DNA of 64,000 bases from Octopus sinensis (taxonomy: Eukaryota). The DNA lies in the NCBI RefSeq assembly GCF_006345805.1, contig NC_043006.1, positions 77,810,001 through 77,874,000 of the forward strand, read 5' to 3'. A program made the translations under genes and the position numbers. Positions 1 through 13,845 of this stretch are shown in pieces (positions within the stretch are counted from its first letter, which is position 1; every line of letters begins with the position of its first letter). The notes beneath the pieces were generated by a model. That model did not search any database. It was not told the DNA's origin and saw only the letters and a program-made list of their open reading frames with translations.

Positions 1-27
1 AGCAGATATCAGGAACCAAAACAGTGA

Positions 28-29
28 CA

Positions 30-74
<45 letters not shown>

Positions 75-157
75 TTGATGATGGCGATGATGATGATGAC
101 AATGATGATGATGACGATGATGATGATGGCGACGACGGCGGCGGCGGTGGTGGTGCT

Positions 158-188
<31 letters not shown>

Positions 189-215
189 AGATGATGATGA
201 TGATGATGATGATGA
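28..215. repeat. (ATG/GAT)n trinucleotide microsatellite with degenerate GGC/GCT core
   Basis: Direct reading; explains the poly-His ORF 9..269. Confidence 0.95.
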
Positions 216-483
216 CAGACGTATATTTTGTTTAGAGGGGTTCAGAAGTGAATTCTGACACACTGTCAAGTGGAATGTGAAAGATGGATGCGTTTTTGAG
301 TTTGAGAAAGGATTCTGGATGCTGCAATTTGCATGGAGTCGTTGACATTGCTTTCCTGTTCTGCCATACTTAAATGCACAATTTCAAAGTCCACGATATG
401 CGATGTCAAGTACAGGGACGAAGCGATTTTGTTTTCTCGTGATTGAATCAATATAGAAAAGCAAATACACGCGCACTCATCCA

Positions 484-890
484 TGGCTATGTGGTAAGCA
501 GCTTGATTGGGTTCAGTCCTACAGCGTGACGCCTTGGTCAAGTGTCTTCTACTATAGCCTAGAGCCGATCAAAGACTTGTCAGTGAATTTGGTAAACGGA
601 AACCGAAAGAAGCCTGTCGTATATATATATATGTGTGTGTGTGTGTGAGAGAGAGAGAAGGGTGCACGCGAGTGTGTATATGTGTTCGTGTGCCTGTGTT
701 TGTCCCCCCAACATCGCCTGACAACCGATGCTGGTGTGCTTACGTCACCGTAACTTATCGGTTCGGCAAAAGAGACCTATAGGATAATTACTAGACTTAC
801 AAAGAATAGCTCCTGGAGTAGACTAGTTCGACTAAAAGCGGTGCACCAGCATGGCCGCAGTCAAGTGATTGAAACAAGTGAAAGAAAAGA
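484..890 (+). mobile_element. tRNA-derived SINE family A (degenerate copy)
   Basis: ggctatgtggtaag..gggttcagtcc (A/B-box-like head), ccttggtcaagtgtcttctactatagcc, internal (TA)/(TG) tract, tail cagcatggccgcagtcaagtgattgaaacaag; homologous to copies at 7598, 27312, 32513, 40916, 58040. Confidence 0.85.
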
Positions 891-894
891 ATAT

Positions 895-938
895 ATTTAT
901 ATATATATATATATGTATATATATGCATATATATATAC

Positions 939-1027
<89 letters not shown>

Positions 1028-1069
1028 GTATATATGTACATATGTATACATATATATGTACTCACACGG

Positions 1070-1120
<51 letters not shown>
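895..1120. repeat. (TA)n microsatellite
   Basis: Direct reading. Confidence 0.95.
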
Positions 1121-1121
<1 letters not shown>

Positions 1122-1132
1122 ATTGATTGATT

Positions 1133-1470
1133 CTAGTTTCAGCTCACGAGCTGTGGCCATATGAAATATGTATGAGTGCAATCGGGGAAATTACGAAACC
1201 AGAAATTAGGACTGCTGATGTCGTAGAAACGCTCCGACAACCACTTCTGACTCTTTCCAAAAGTATGACAAGGAGCGGAATCCTGCTGCCACATCTAGGG
1301 CGATCTAGCAGTAACTCCCTTCAGTTATAGTCCTAAAATGTGTCATATAGGCGACTGAACTGAGCCCACGGTTCTGTTTGAAGATGTGGAATAGAAATCC
1401 GGCGTACGGACGCAGCCAAGGCGCCTGCTGTGTCTCTTCTTGCTGGCAACGGCTTCATTATTATTTGGTT
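1133..1470 (-). mobile_element. Short retroposon fragment ending in the same 3' tail as the adjacent LINE
   Basis: tagtttcagctcacgagctgtggccat (1134-1160) matches the LINE tail at 1499-1524; the body does not visibly match the LINE 3' UTR. Confidence 0.5.
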
Positions 1471-1496
1471 ACCTATATACATATATATTTTTTTTT

Positions 1497-3940
1497 CCTA
1501 GTTTCAGCTCAGAGCTGTGGCCATGCTGATGCACCGCCGTTTTCTGCTACGCTGTTATTACGACGAACCTCGTCTAATATGTGGCACTTGGTGAAGAATG
1601 GAGTTTGATATAGCTACTCTCATTTGCACCTCTTGCCGTGAGGTAGGTTCATCTGGGACTCTCGACAGGAAGATGTCCAGCTTTGATTTAAAAACCGCTA
1701 CATCTACTTTGTGCACGTTTCTCAGACTCTTGGGGAGAATATTAAAAAGCTATGGGCCCTTGAAATCCAGGCTGTTGCAGAAGCTGGTCCTGAAGCGTGA
1801 TGGCATTGCTGGGATCTTTGGCACTATGCAGTGTCGTCCCGTTCTAGCATTGGTGTAGCTTACAATGCCAAAATTTGGCACAATTTTTTCCAGGATCTTC
1901 CAGACATATATTACTGCATACCTCTCCTATCTTCTCTACAGGGAGTAGAGTCTTAGCTGTTTCAACCTTTCCCAGTAGCTGAGCTGTTGCAAAGAGACGA
2001 TCTTCTTTGTGTATCTTCTCTTGATTGCTTCAAGGTCCGCTGTTAATTTTACACTGATAGGTGACCATAGCTGTGAGCAGTAATCCAGGCGGCTTAGGAC
2101 GAATGTCCGCCAGAGCACCATCATGGTTTCCTTATCTCTGGTTCTGAATGTTCTTAGGATCCACCCAGCCAGTCGTCTGCACTTTGTCGCCATCCTGGTA
2201 ATGTGCACTTGGAAAGAGGTATCATCACTCATGTCGATACCCAGGTCCCTCACAGACTTAGGCTCTGGGATTGAAATTCCCTGTGGACCGGTGTATCCTG
2301 TAAGTTTAATATTCAGTTTTGGATGCTGGTAGCGCAGGGCCTGGAATTTTTCAGCATTAAACTGCATATTATTATCCTCAGCCCATCTGTAGATTGAGTC
2401 CAACTCCTGCTGCAGGTGTGCAACATCGCTAGGGTTCTGTATTTTCTGCGAGACTTTCGTATCGTCTGCATAGCTGGCTAGAGTGGCTATCCGGGCATTT
2501 GAGGGCATATCTGAGAGGGCCACTATAAAAAGCAGTGGTCCAAAGACAGTGCCCAGTGGAACACCGCTCATTATTTGTGTGTTCATAGATGTGGCTCCAT
2601 TAACCATTACTGTCTGACTCCTATCTTTCAGGAAGTCATGCCACCACACTCCAAGTTTTCCAGTTATGCCGAGGTCACGCAGTTTGTGCCATATCATACC
2701 ATGATCCACCTTCTCAAAAGCTTTTGCAAAATCAAGGTATATTACGTCCACATTTGATTTGCTGAGTAACTGCCTCAACACCCAGTCATAATGCTGTAAG
2801 AGCTGGGTCAGGCAGCTCCTACCTCGTCGAAAACCATGCTGGGTATCACTAAGCAAGTTATTTTCCTCAAGGAATGCGATTATTTTCTTTCTGACTATCC
2901 ATTCCATGACTTTGCTGATGTGTGAAGTCAGAGAGATAGGCCTATAGTTTTGGGCATCTGCTCTACTTCCCCCCTTTATGTATTGGGCATATTATTCCCT
3001 CTTTCAGCTTGCTTGGCAGTTTGCTATTCGGAAGAGAATCTTGAGGGGTTTTGCCAGGGCATGCTTACACGCTTTGAGAGGGATGGCTGGGAAACCATCT
3101 GGACCAGCAGCTGAGTTTGTGTCCACTTCATCTATGGCTAGTAAGACATCTTTTTCGCTAATGTCAATACATTCAATTGTAACCGCCTCGCTGGTTATAG
3201 GCGAGGCGGCAAAGAAGTCCACTGGTTCGTTCACTTGTCTGTGTTCCAACGGAGTGGTAAAGACACTTTTGAACTGGTCATTCAGCATCTCACTGATCTT
3301 AGTTGGACTGTCTGTGAGGGAGCCATCCTTTTGGAGGAGGGTCCTATCTTGAAGTGCACTGAGACTGTTTCTTTCGCGTAATGAAAGAAGTCCTTTGGGT
3401 TTGATTTAATATTTTTTATAACCCAGGCTTCTTTGTCTGCTTTCTCCTTCACATGGGATTGTTGCAGCCTTTTTTCGATCTCCATCAGTGTTGTTTTTAG
3501 GCGGGACGTTTCGCTACTTTTGGGATGTTGGTTGAGACGATTTGCAACCTTCGTCCATCGTCTCATGAGGATCTTCCTGTCTCTTGGAATCTTGCTCCTA
3601 TTTGTTTTGGCCTTGTGCTCTGGCACATATCTCTGGCATACGGCTTGCACAGAAGACATGAAACATTCTAGTTTCATGTCAATGTCTGGTGTGGAGAGAC
3701 ATTCCGGCCAGTCTTCTCTGAGGATCTCTTTTTGGATCGATTTCCAATCTTGCTTTGTGGAAGTTCAGATTGGAGAGATTTCGCGTGCTTCCTTTGGGAT
3801 GTATGTCTCTGGTTACTTTTGGCCCAAACTTAGACAGCTCTATTATGTTGTGATCCGAAACTGATGTCAGTGTCACGTTCACATCATGAATGATGTCCAT
3901 ATTGTTCGTGAAGCAGAGATCCAGAATTTTCCGTTTCCAT
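1497..3940 (-). mobile_element. 5'-truncated non-LTR retrotransposon (CR1/L2-group LINE), ORF2 broken by frameshifts and stops
   Basis: ORF fragments give the APE endonuclease C-terminus (ILDLCFTNN..SVSDHNII), linker (LNDQFKSVFT, AAGPDGFP) and RT (QHGFRRGRSCLTQL, VIYLDFAKAFEKVDH, SGVPLGTVFGPLLF, YADDTK, RDLGI, SRLDYCSQLWSP); 3' tail at about 1497-1540. Confidence 0.93.
1936..2907 (-). pseudogene. LINE ORF2 reverse transcriptase domain fragment (323 aa)
   Basis: RT motifs including YADD; reading continues in another frame to about 1567 (ERYAVIYVWKILEKIVPN...VPDEP). Confidence 0.92.
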
Positions 3941-3944
3941 GGTT

Positions 3945-4085
3945 CTATTTTTGTGTTTTCGTTTCTCATTGTGTTCGACGTTGTTTTGGCGTCCTGTACC
4001 CATATATGCATGTATATATACATATAGATGTAGGTGCGTACATATATGTATATATGCATATGTTTTATTTATTATTTTGTTATTT
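3945..4085 (+). repeat. Interspersed repeat terminus (family also at about 31665-31810 + and 60345-60500 -)
   Basis: Shared gttttcgtttctc(a/g)ttg..tgg(c/t)gtcctgtacccatatatgcatgtatatatacatatagatgtagg. Confidence 0.7.
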
Positions 4086-4152
4086 TATATATATATATAT
4101 AGATGTCACACACACACACAAACACACACACACACACACACACCAACACACA

Positions 4153-4234
<82 letters not shown>

Positions 4235-5149
4235 CGTGTGTGAATGTGTGGAAGTGTATTTTCATGTATTTGCTTTTCTGTCTGTGTATCTACATATGAC
4301 TTAGTTAAAAATGCCGTTTGGTTTTACGTTATGTGACCAGTATTAGATAATCGCCATTTATATTCATTACTTCGAAGTTGTAAACGATTCATTTGATACA
4401 CGTTGTTGAAACGGCTGTTACAATAAAATATCTTATCTTTTTGCATATATGTGTGAGTTTGTGTGTATGTTTGTGCGTGTGTGTGTGTGTGTGCGTCCGT
4501 GCGTGTGTGTATGTGTGTGTGTGTGTGAATTCATATATAGTTTGTTGCATCGTTCGTTGCAATTATGCCACCAAACGCAGGACAAGTAAGACATTATTTG
4601 TTGATCATGGAAACTTTTCTTGTACTGGATTTCTCTTACTTTAGATGTTCAAGAGCATTATTTTAACATTGCATTAGATATTAATCGTTGCCAATGCAAC
4701 ATGTCACTGATGAAGGATGAATGAAAAGCAAGCCACACAATTTAACATCGCAATTGTTCTGTTACAAATCAAGTAAACATGTTTCATACAGATATTAGAA
4801 ATGTTAGCATCTCTGTCAATTTTGAGGAAGTCAAGCATGTGCTTAAGACGGAGACGTGTTTTCAGAATAATTATTTAGATTGACACTGCTGATGGTAAGT
4901 TTGAAAATAAGATACTATAATTAGCAACTAAAATTAATTAACTGTTCATTATAAAGTAATAAATTAATGACTAGTAGGTGTGTTCGTGACTACTAAACTA
5001 CTTGATCAGATAATAATAGGTGAAGTAATAGAAAGTAGAATTACGAAGGAATGCAACCTCAGATATTTTCTTAGAACCACAAGACAACAAATATGTATAT
5101 AGATACGTACGGATGGATGCATACTAAAAACGTAAAATTACACATTTAT

Positions 5150-5490
<341 letters not shown>

Positions 5491-6238
5491 TATATGTAAA
5501 AAAACTACAAACCGGGACAAGAACGCAAAACATTTAGAAGACGATGCAAAAAACACGGACGGGACATTCGAAGCCTTCAATCTTCAGTCTAGAAGCGGAT
5601 CATCCTCGCAATTTCGGCTGATTAATATTGAGATTGCTCCGATCTGGCAAGCCCGAAAAGAAAATCTAAGCCAAGCACATTAGATTCCTTGGAAGAAAGC
5701 CTCGAATGTATACAAAACAAGGACGGAAAAAAAAAAACGGACGAGGTTACACGAATAAGAATACAAAAATACTTAAAAATAATAATGATAATAATAATAA
5801 CAAAAACAGGACGTCACAGACAGGCGTCTTTCAACAGAACGAGTAAACTTTGAGCTGGCGTGTTAGAAAATTGTCTTAGGGCAGAGGAAAAAATATGTCT
5901 TGCCGCGACGACTGCTAAGCACCAAAGGCCAGCAATCGGTCAGTCAGTCATGTGTGATGAGAAGAGAGAGGAAAAGAGGGACAGATGAATTAAGGAGGAG
6001 GAGAAGAGTGCGAGAAAGAGAAAGAGACAGATCAAAGTGGAATGCAAAGTGTGAAAGGCAGAGAAATGTAGGAGAGGGGGGAGACACTATTATAGAGTCG
6101 TACCAAGTTTAAAGAAATATGTACTTATATATACGACAAAAGGGTACGTGCGTTGCTATATATGTATATATATATGTATATGTATATGTATATGTATATA
6201 TATATATATATTATATATATATATATAATATATATATA

Positions 6239-6287
<49 letters not shown>

Positions 6288-6852
6288 ATATTATATATTA
6301 TATATATGAAAGAAGTTTGAAAACGCCGCTATATAGATAAATTTTAATTTCTTAGAAATTTTACATGTTTAGGTTCTTCTTGAAAAAACGAACCTTATTA
6401 AAAATATTTTAAAAAGTTAAGTGTAATAAAAAAGTTTATAACAGAATCCACGTGGTGGCTTTTTGTGGGGAGTAAGCATAATAACAGTCTTATGTGTTCG
6501 AATAAAACTAAGGTAATGGTCAGTGGCTGAAATGGCAGTAGCAGCAGTGACTGTTTGTCGTAGTAGTATTAACTCTATCGGTTGTTACAGTGCACTACAC
6601 ATTGCTTTCGCATTCGAATGACGGCATCCTATTCGCCTGGTGAGCATGCTGACATTCCTCCTGATCGGAAGGCCATTCCTTTGGAAGGCTGCACACTTAC
6701 ATTGGCTGGAGCAATGTCAAGTGAAGTTGTTTTTTTTTGCTGAAGAATACAACCCGACAACTTATAAGCGAACCTAACCTACACTCTATCGATCCTGACT
6801 GAAACGCGCCAACCACTAAGCCTCGCTTCTTCACACACCCGCACACACACAC

Positions 6853-6857
<5 letters not shown>

Positions 6858-6911
<54 letters not shown>

Positions 6912-7066
6912 CAGACAGACACACATACAGACATACAGACAGGCAGACACACATACAGACAGGCAGACAGACAGGCAGACAGACCGGCATACAGACAGGC
7001 AGACAGACAGGCAGACAGACAGGCAGACAGACAGGCAGACAGACAGGCAGACAGACAGGCAGACAT

Positions 7067-7099
<33 letters not shown>

Positions 7100-7140
7100 C
7101 ACACAGACAGACAGATAGATAGATAGATAGATAGATAGAT

Positions 7141-7206
<66 letters not shown>
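6858..7206. repeat. (GATA)n/(GACA)n/(CAGACAGG)n compound microsatellite
   Basis: Direct reading. Confidence 0.95.
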
Positions 7207-7597
7207 CGTCGATCTTTATTGCTTTTTTGTATCATATCAATTTCTAACGCTGTTTATATTAAGAAAGCTTTCTCGTTTGCATACGTTTAAGACGGGGATT
7301 TGTTTTCATTATATTGTTATTGTTCTCCTAAAGAGGTGAACATCCGACAGAAATTTGAATATTGATTTCTTGCTGTCACCAAACCTCAGCTTCATGCACA
7401 TGACAACGTAATATTTTATGACACAGTTTCCTTTCGCTAGAGTGTCAATAAAATAAAACTGAGGGAGATTTTATTCGTCAATAACCTGTCCGTTCTTTGA
7501 TGACATTTATCCTTGAAAGGTAAATATCATGAATCTTGCGTTACTAAGTTAAAACTTGCGGAATAAAATATTCACAAATGATTTTCTTTATTAAATA

Positions 7598-8018
7598 GGC
7601 ACAGGAGTGGCTGTGTGGTAAATAGCTTGCTTGCCAAACACGTGGTCCCGGGTTCAGTCCCCTGTGTGGCACCTTGGGCAAGTGCCTTCTATTATAGCCT
7701 TGGGCCGACCAAAGCCTTGTGAGTGGATTTGGTAGACGGAAACTGAAAGAAGCTCGTCGTATATATGTATATATATATATATATATATGGTGTGTGTGTG
7801 TGTATGTGTGTCTGTGTTTGTCCCCCTCAACATCGCTTGACAACCGATGCTGATGTGTTTATGTCCCCGTAACTTAGTGGTTCGGGAAAAAGAGACAGAT
7901 AGAATAAGTACTAGGCTTACAAAGAATAAGACCTGCGGTACATCTACTCGACTAAAGACGGTGCTCCAGCATGTCTACAGTCAGATGACTGAAACAAGTA
8001 AAAGAGTAAAAGAGTAAA
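7598..8018 (+). mobile_element. SINE family A, full length
   Basis: ggcacaggagtggctgtgtggtaa head, ggttcagtccc B-box-like motif, accttgggcaagt, tail ending in (aagagta) repeats. Confidence 0.92.
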
Positions 8019-8511
8019 TCTAACACATTTTTTTATTTATTAAAGATCACATACAGGAATACCATTAGGCTTACAACATCAATAAATATTATCGAATTAT
8101 ATTTCATTGGATTTTTTTCCGGTATCTATTTGTATATGATTTAATATACAATTATCATATTGTGCCCGTCGTATCAAGCCAAAAAGTAGCTTAAAAATTG
8201 TAGTTCCAACATTTTATAATAATCTAGAGTTTTGTCGACAAGAACAGTCAAATTAACAATGTCCAATCATTCTTGTCTTTTATTGATATTTTGACACGGA
8301 AAACTGCGCTCCATACAAATGCGCTGACGGTTATGAGAATAATTTTTAAAAAATTATGATCATGACAAGATTCCATTTAGATTTCAAGGCGTCTTATATT
8401 TGATTAATTAGTTTTATCCATGTTAATGATAATCTTCGTCTTGTTGGACTATTTGTTGTACAATTAATACTCCCAAACACGAACGTATATTTGAGTGACT
8501 TCTACTCAATT

Positions 8512-8663
8512 CTTTTCTACTCTAGGCACAAGGCCTGAAATTTTGGGGAGGGATCCAGTCAATTAGATCGACTCCAGTACACAACTGGTACTTAATTTAT
8601 CGACCCCGAAAGGATGAAAGGCAAGTCAACCTCGGTAGAATTTGAACTCAGAACATAAAGACA
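8512..8663 (-). mobile_element. SINE family B variant, 5'-truncated, with 15-bp TSD
   Basis: tcgaccccgaaaggatgaaaggc core; gacttctactcaatt repeated at 8497-8511 and 8664-8678. Confidence 0.85.
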
Positions 8664-9148
8664 GACTTCTACTCAATTGCATACGTGTAATTGTAAAATA
8701 GTGTTGTTTCAACTGAAGTTCCTGTCCTTGTTTTCTGTTTCTTGTTTTATTTTTTGCACCAGATCATCTCTGATCGGACAAATTAAAATGGTATACGTTT
8801 GAACCAAGTGTATCATCTTAACTGCTACCTGTTCTTATATTCATGTTCAGCTTGTGGTGATTTGTGTTGTTGTTGTTACATTTGCTGTTATACTTGAGAA
8901 CATTTTCTACCGTAATCGAGCAGATACGATATGTGATAAAATGCTTTCTACATTTGACGAAAGCTTTCTTTTGGTGGCTTTAATACATCGTCATTGCATT
9001 CTCAGACGGCGAGGTGTGGCAGGTTGCGGAGCATGTATCTATAATTTCCTACAAATTGAAGGATAACATAGAAGAGCATCCTTGGAACATATAATGAAAT
9101 TAATGAAGTAAGTTAGAAATTAATTTAATAACTAGTATATACATATGC

Positions 9149-9186
<38 letters not shown>

Positions 9187-9256
9187 TTATGTATGTATGT
9201 GTGTATGTATGTATGTATGTGTATGTATGTATGTATGTATGATGTATGTATGTATG

Positions 9257-9287
<31 letters not shown>

Positions 9288-9584
9288 GTATTTATGTATT
9301 TATGTATGTATATATGCATACGGTAGAAAGATTGGGTATTTCCAATGAAGAGCTGTACCCGAGTTCTGGGCTATCAACAATGTTGGATTCCAGTCTAATA
9401 CCGAAATTCTTCAGGCGTAGAAAATCTTGGTTTTACGACGGTAAAACCGTTGCGAACATTTACCAAAGGATATAATATAATCCAAAGACAAAAAAATATT
9501 TCAACACAACTTCAAACAATCTTTAAAGATATGTTAAGGTATTTCTTTATGTTATTATCGGAATTATATATATATATATATATT

Positions 9585-9616
<32 letters not shown>

Positions 9617-10002
9617 TCTTTTATTCTTTTACTTGTTTCAGTCATTTGACTGTGTCCATGCTGGAGCACCGCCTTTAGTCGAAGAAACCCATCCCAGGAC
9701 TTGCACTTTGTAAGCTTAATACATATTGTATCGGCCTCATTTGACAAAACGTTACGTTACGGAGACGAAAACAAACCACTATTGGATGCCAAGAGGTAAT
9801 GGGGGGAGAAACACTGTCACACAAACATAGACGATCTGGCTGCTGCTGCTGGAAAAGTTACTTCTACCAAATCCACTCACGAGGCTTTGGTCGGTCCTAG
9901 GCTTTAGTAGAAGACACATGTCCAAAGTGCTAGGCAGTGGGACTGAACCTGGAGCCATGTGGTTGCGAAGCAAGCTTCTTACCACACAGCCACGCCTGCA
10001 CC
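9617..10002 (-). mobile_element. SINE family A
   Basis: Reverse complement of family A head (accacacagccacgcctgcacc) and tail (acttgtttcagtcatttgactgtgtccatgctgg). Confidence 0.88.
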
Positions 10003-10028
10003 TATATATATATATATATGTGTGTGTT

Positions 10029-10061
<33 letters not shown>

Positions 10062-10095
10062 ATAAATATATATATTTATAAATATTATATATATT

Positions 10096-10144
<49 letters not shown>

Positions 10145-11129
10145 TATGTGTGTGTGTGTATTCTATGTGCGGCGTATGTGTGATTGCGCCTATGTATCTG
10201 TTTATGAATATATTCTTTCGTTCGATTCACTCCCGAGTGTGCAGATAGGTTGAATCACCTCTTAAAGTCTTTAAGAATCAAATCGTTCCCTAATTACGTA
10301 CGTATGAGAAGCGAAATAATTAACTTAGTAAAATCTGAATTTCTTACTCTCTTCTTTGACTTGAGCATAACAAAACGAACTATCATGCTACATACAAAAC
10401 CGAGAAACTATTGTCTTACAGTCACTTGAAAGATTGGTTAATACAACTTTGATGAAGCCAAAATAGGTGGGTAAACACTTAGTATTTCAGTTTTCGTTCA
10501 TGTATTTCAGAAGAACAAAATTCTATTTCTATTGAAATATATATCGATAGTGAAGCAAAGTAGTTAAGAAAATTTAACAACACTAAATTGATTCCGTGGA
10601 AGAGCGTTGTTCATAGGAGAATAAAAGCCCATAGTATACACAACAGGCAATATACCGTTTTTTCTATGTTCAAAGGCATCAAGAATACTTCTTTCCAATC
10701 ACTCTTTTCTTCCGTTAAAGTTATGCGAGTAGTCTAGACGGTATACTTTATTCTCCTCCCACTTATCTTAACAGCATTAACCATCAATAATTTTGGGTTC
10801 ATCAATAATCAGTTTTAAATTAGATCTTTTTGTTTTTTTTGATAGTTTATCATCAGGCTTGTCCTGATGTTTACAGCTTTGACAAAAGCTGCTCAAACCG
10901 CTACTATAACATTGGCTCCATTGCTCCACTGGTAATCCATTCCATCGTTCACGAAATAATGAAAGGCAAATTCGACCATGGCGTAAATTGAATTCAGGAC
11001 GCAATGAGCAAGGAGAAATGCAGCTAAAAATTTCGTCCGACGCTCCAACGATTATGACAAATCGCAACCTAGAAGCTTTATGCATATTATGTGGGGTAGG
11101 GGGTGTAGGTACATATACACACAGACATA

Positions 11130-11358
11130 AGAGCGGGTGCTAAAGATTTCTTGGCTTTGGATAACAGAAAATACAAGAGGGTCAGCTACTTATGATTTGA
11201 TTTTATGATTTTCTTGAACACATTCCCCTCTCGGGTTCACACACATAGTTCAGCGGTCGTTCAGTTTTTCTAAGCCCCGTTAAAGAAATCGGAAATTTGA
11301 ACCTCTAGTCAGGCCTTTCGTGATACACTTAAAGCCAGGACCTTTTCAACACCCCTCT
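11130..11358. mobile_element. Tc1/mariner-derived MITE
   Basis: Imperfect TIRs agagcgggtgctaaagatttcttggcttt / aaagccaggaccttttcaacacccctct, flanked by TA on both sides. Confidence 0.7.
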
Positions 11359-12570
11359 TATGTACTTACAAAACATAGATACATATTTATATTCATTCAC
11401 TATTATCACAATGTTTCGCATATGAAAGTAGTGGGGAAAAGCATGATGATGTTTCATGAGCAGCATAAAGTTAATTATAACCAGTGACACTTCATATAAA
11501 CTGTGTTTAAAAAGTCATATTATAAATTATCTAAGATTTGTCTTCTATATTGATATTAAAGTTGGCGCGTACGGAAAAACATAAATTAATGTAAGGGAAT
11601 AATGCATATTTGATCTATATGCAGGATAGTAGTGTTATATGTAAAACTTATATACACATGTACGTGTCTGCGCCTGCGTCTTTGTTTGTGTATATAACTT
11701 TGTGTATATTGTACTTAACATGGTTATTCTGAAAGAAGCATGCAACATTGCGAATTCATCATGAGAAAGCATCCGGTATGGATTTTTAGTGCTAAAATGC
11801 ACAGGCATATCCGTAACAGAAGAGAAACGTCCAACAGCGATGGTGGAAATGATAGATCCCTCGATTTCTGAGCATTTGTGCGTCATTGGTAGCAAATAAT
11901 CCCTATCAACGACATGCTTATATGCTTTAACAAACTGTATCTCTAATGATATAGATAAACATTGATTGACTAGACACTGGTGTGGCGAAAAGAACAGTGT
12001 AGCGAATGGGTAGTGCAGCAAAAAGAGTCATGGTACACTTAGAGTATGTCCACGTTAGGTAGGATACGTAGAATGTTATTCTTAACTAATACAGCATATG
12101 TCGCTAATAAAGAAGTTACCGCCGGCTATCAACCGGATCAGGGAATTTTGAAATAATTTGCAATAATTATGATGAAACACTAATGAGATTCATAACTGGA
12201 ATGTTGTGTGCAAAAATATGCTAAAATTGCTGAAACCTTCGAAATAGATTTCAAGGTGCATTAAAGTATTAGGAAAAGATTATATTCTATTGAGTAAATG
12301 CAAAGAGAATATAATCTCATTGAAATAAAATTATACAACACCTATATCTCCCCACATATATGTAAATATCAAAATATATATACAGATATATATATATGTA
12401 TCTGTGTATATGTATATATGTATATAAGTATATAAGTATATATATTTTTACATAAATATATATGCAAATGTCTATACATGAATATATATACTATATATAT
12501 ATGAATGTATGTGTATATGTAAATATACATACACACAACACACACACACCCACACACACAACACACATAC

Positions 12571-12629
<59 letters not shown>

Positions 12630-13519
12630 TATGTATATGAATTTCTTTTGAAATACAAAAGAGCGATACATATATATATATATATATAATATATATTATA
12701 TGATATATATATATATATATATATATAATTTTGTGGTGGTGGGCGTAGGTCCGGAGTTGTAAACTTATAAGCGTATTTGTGTAAACCATTTATGTATATC
12801 TAAAGTGTGTACATGAACAATGCGTAGGAATCTGAATGTGAGTTGGTAGTTATTCTTATGATAAGTATATTTATTTGAATTCAAACATCTAATTGAATAC
12901 AAATGGAGCTTTGAGCTTCAGCCTAGTAAAGATTATTCACAAGTGGTATTTGAATCGATTAACTTAATTACTCATTTGTATATCAAGCCATTTTTCATCC
13001 AACATACTTTTGATAACTTCGCCATTTACTAACCTTTGCCAGCTTTCGAGTGCATATTGAAGATGCAGTTAATAGATACAGTCTAAAACGAATCAATGTA
13101 TGTTGTCTAGACACAGTTAATACAAGCTTCAAATATAGATAATAATACCATGTCTAATTTTGCAAAAAGCTATTACTCAGGTGTCTGTTAAGTACAATAT
13201 TGGCAAGTCTGATTTACTTTAAGTTGCTTCGTCAATTATATATAGACAGAACAGATAGTAAAATGACAACAGATACAATATCAAACACCTACAGAAAAAA
13301 GTTGCATCTCAGTCAGGTCAAGATATAGAGTTGACATAAAATTAGTTTTGTTATTATTGCTTTGCATCGAACGTTCCAAAACCAGAGTGCATCTATTGTA
13401 GGTAGATATGATAAAAATGTAAGTAATTCAAATGCAGATAATATAAGCAATCGTATTTACCAATATTAGCCGGCACCTAGCTGCAGCCTATATTCAACAG
13501 TAATGTATGTGATGAATGA

Positions 13520-13565
<46 letters not shown>

Positions 13566-13791
13566 GTATGTTTTTTTTCAGATAAACGAATTATATGCAA
13601 CCACATTAAAGGAAAAACTTCCAGATATTGTCTGAGTGTTTGTCGAAATAAGTAATTCCACCATCAATATTTTACACAATCGATATACATCAATTCTATT
13701 ATTTACTTATGATATTGAATTACACCCACACCTTCGCAGTAAACACACACACTTGTATATTTATATACATATGTATATGATTATGCCTATA

Positions 13792-13845
<54 letters not shown>

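Noticed and set aside
4705-4730. ctgatgaaggatgaatgaaa
   Set aside because: No stem II pairing; chance core match
5540-5660. ctgaaga and gaaa on the minus strand (possible permuted hammerhead); similar at 60545-60610
   Set aside because: Could not build consistent stems I-III or a UH site
11635-12021. 128-aa ORF
   Set aside because: No recognisable motifs or splice context; cannot be supported without homology or RNA data
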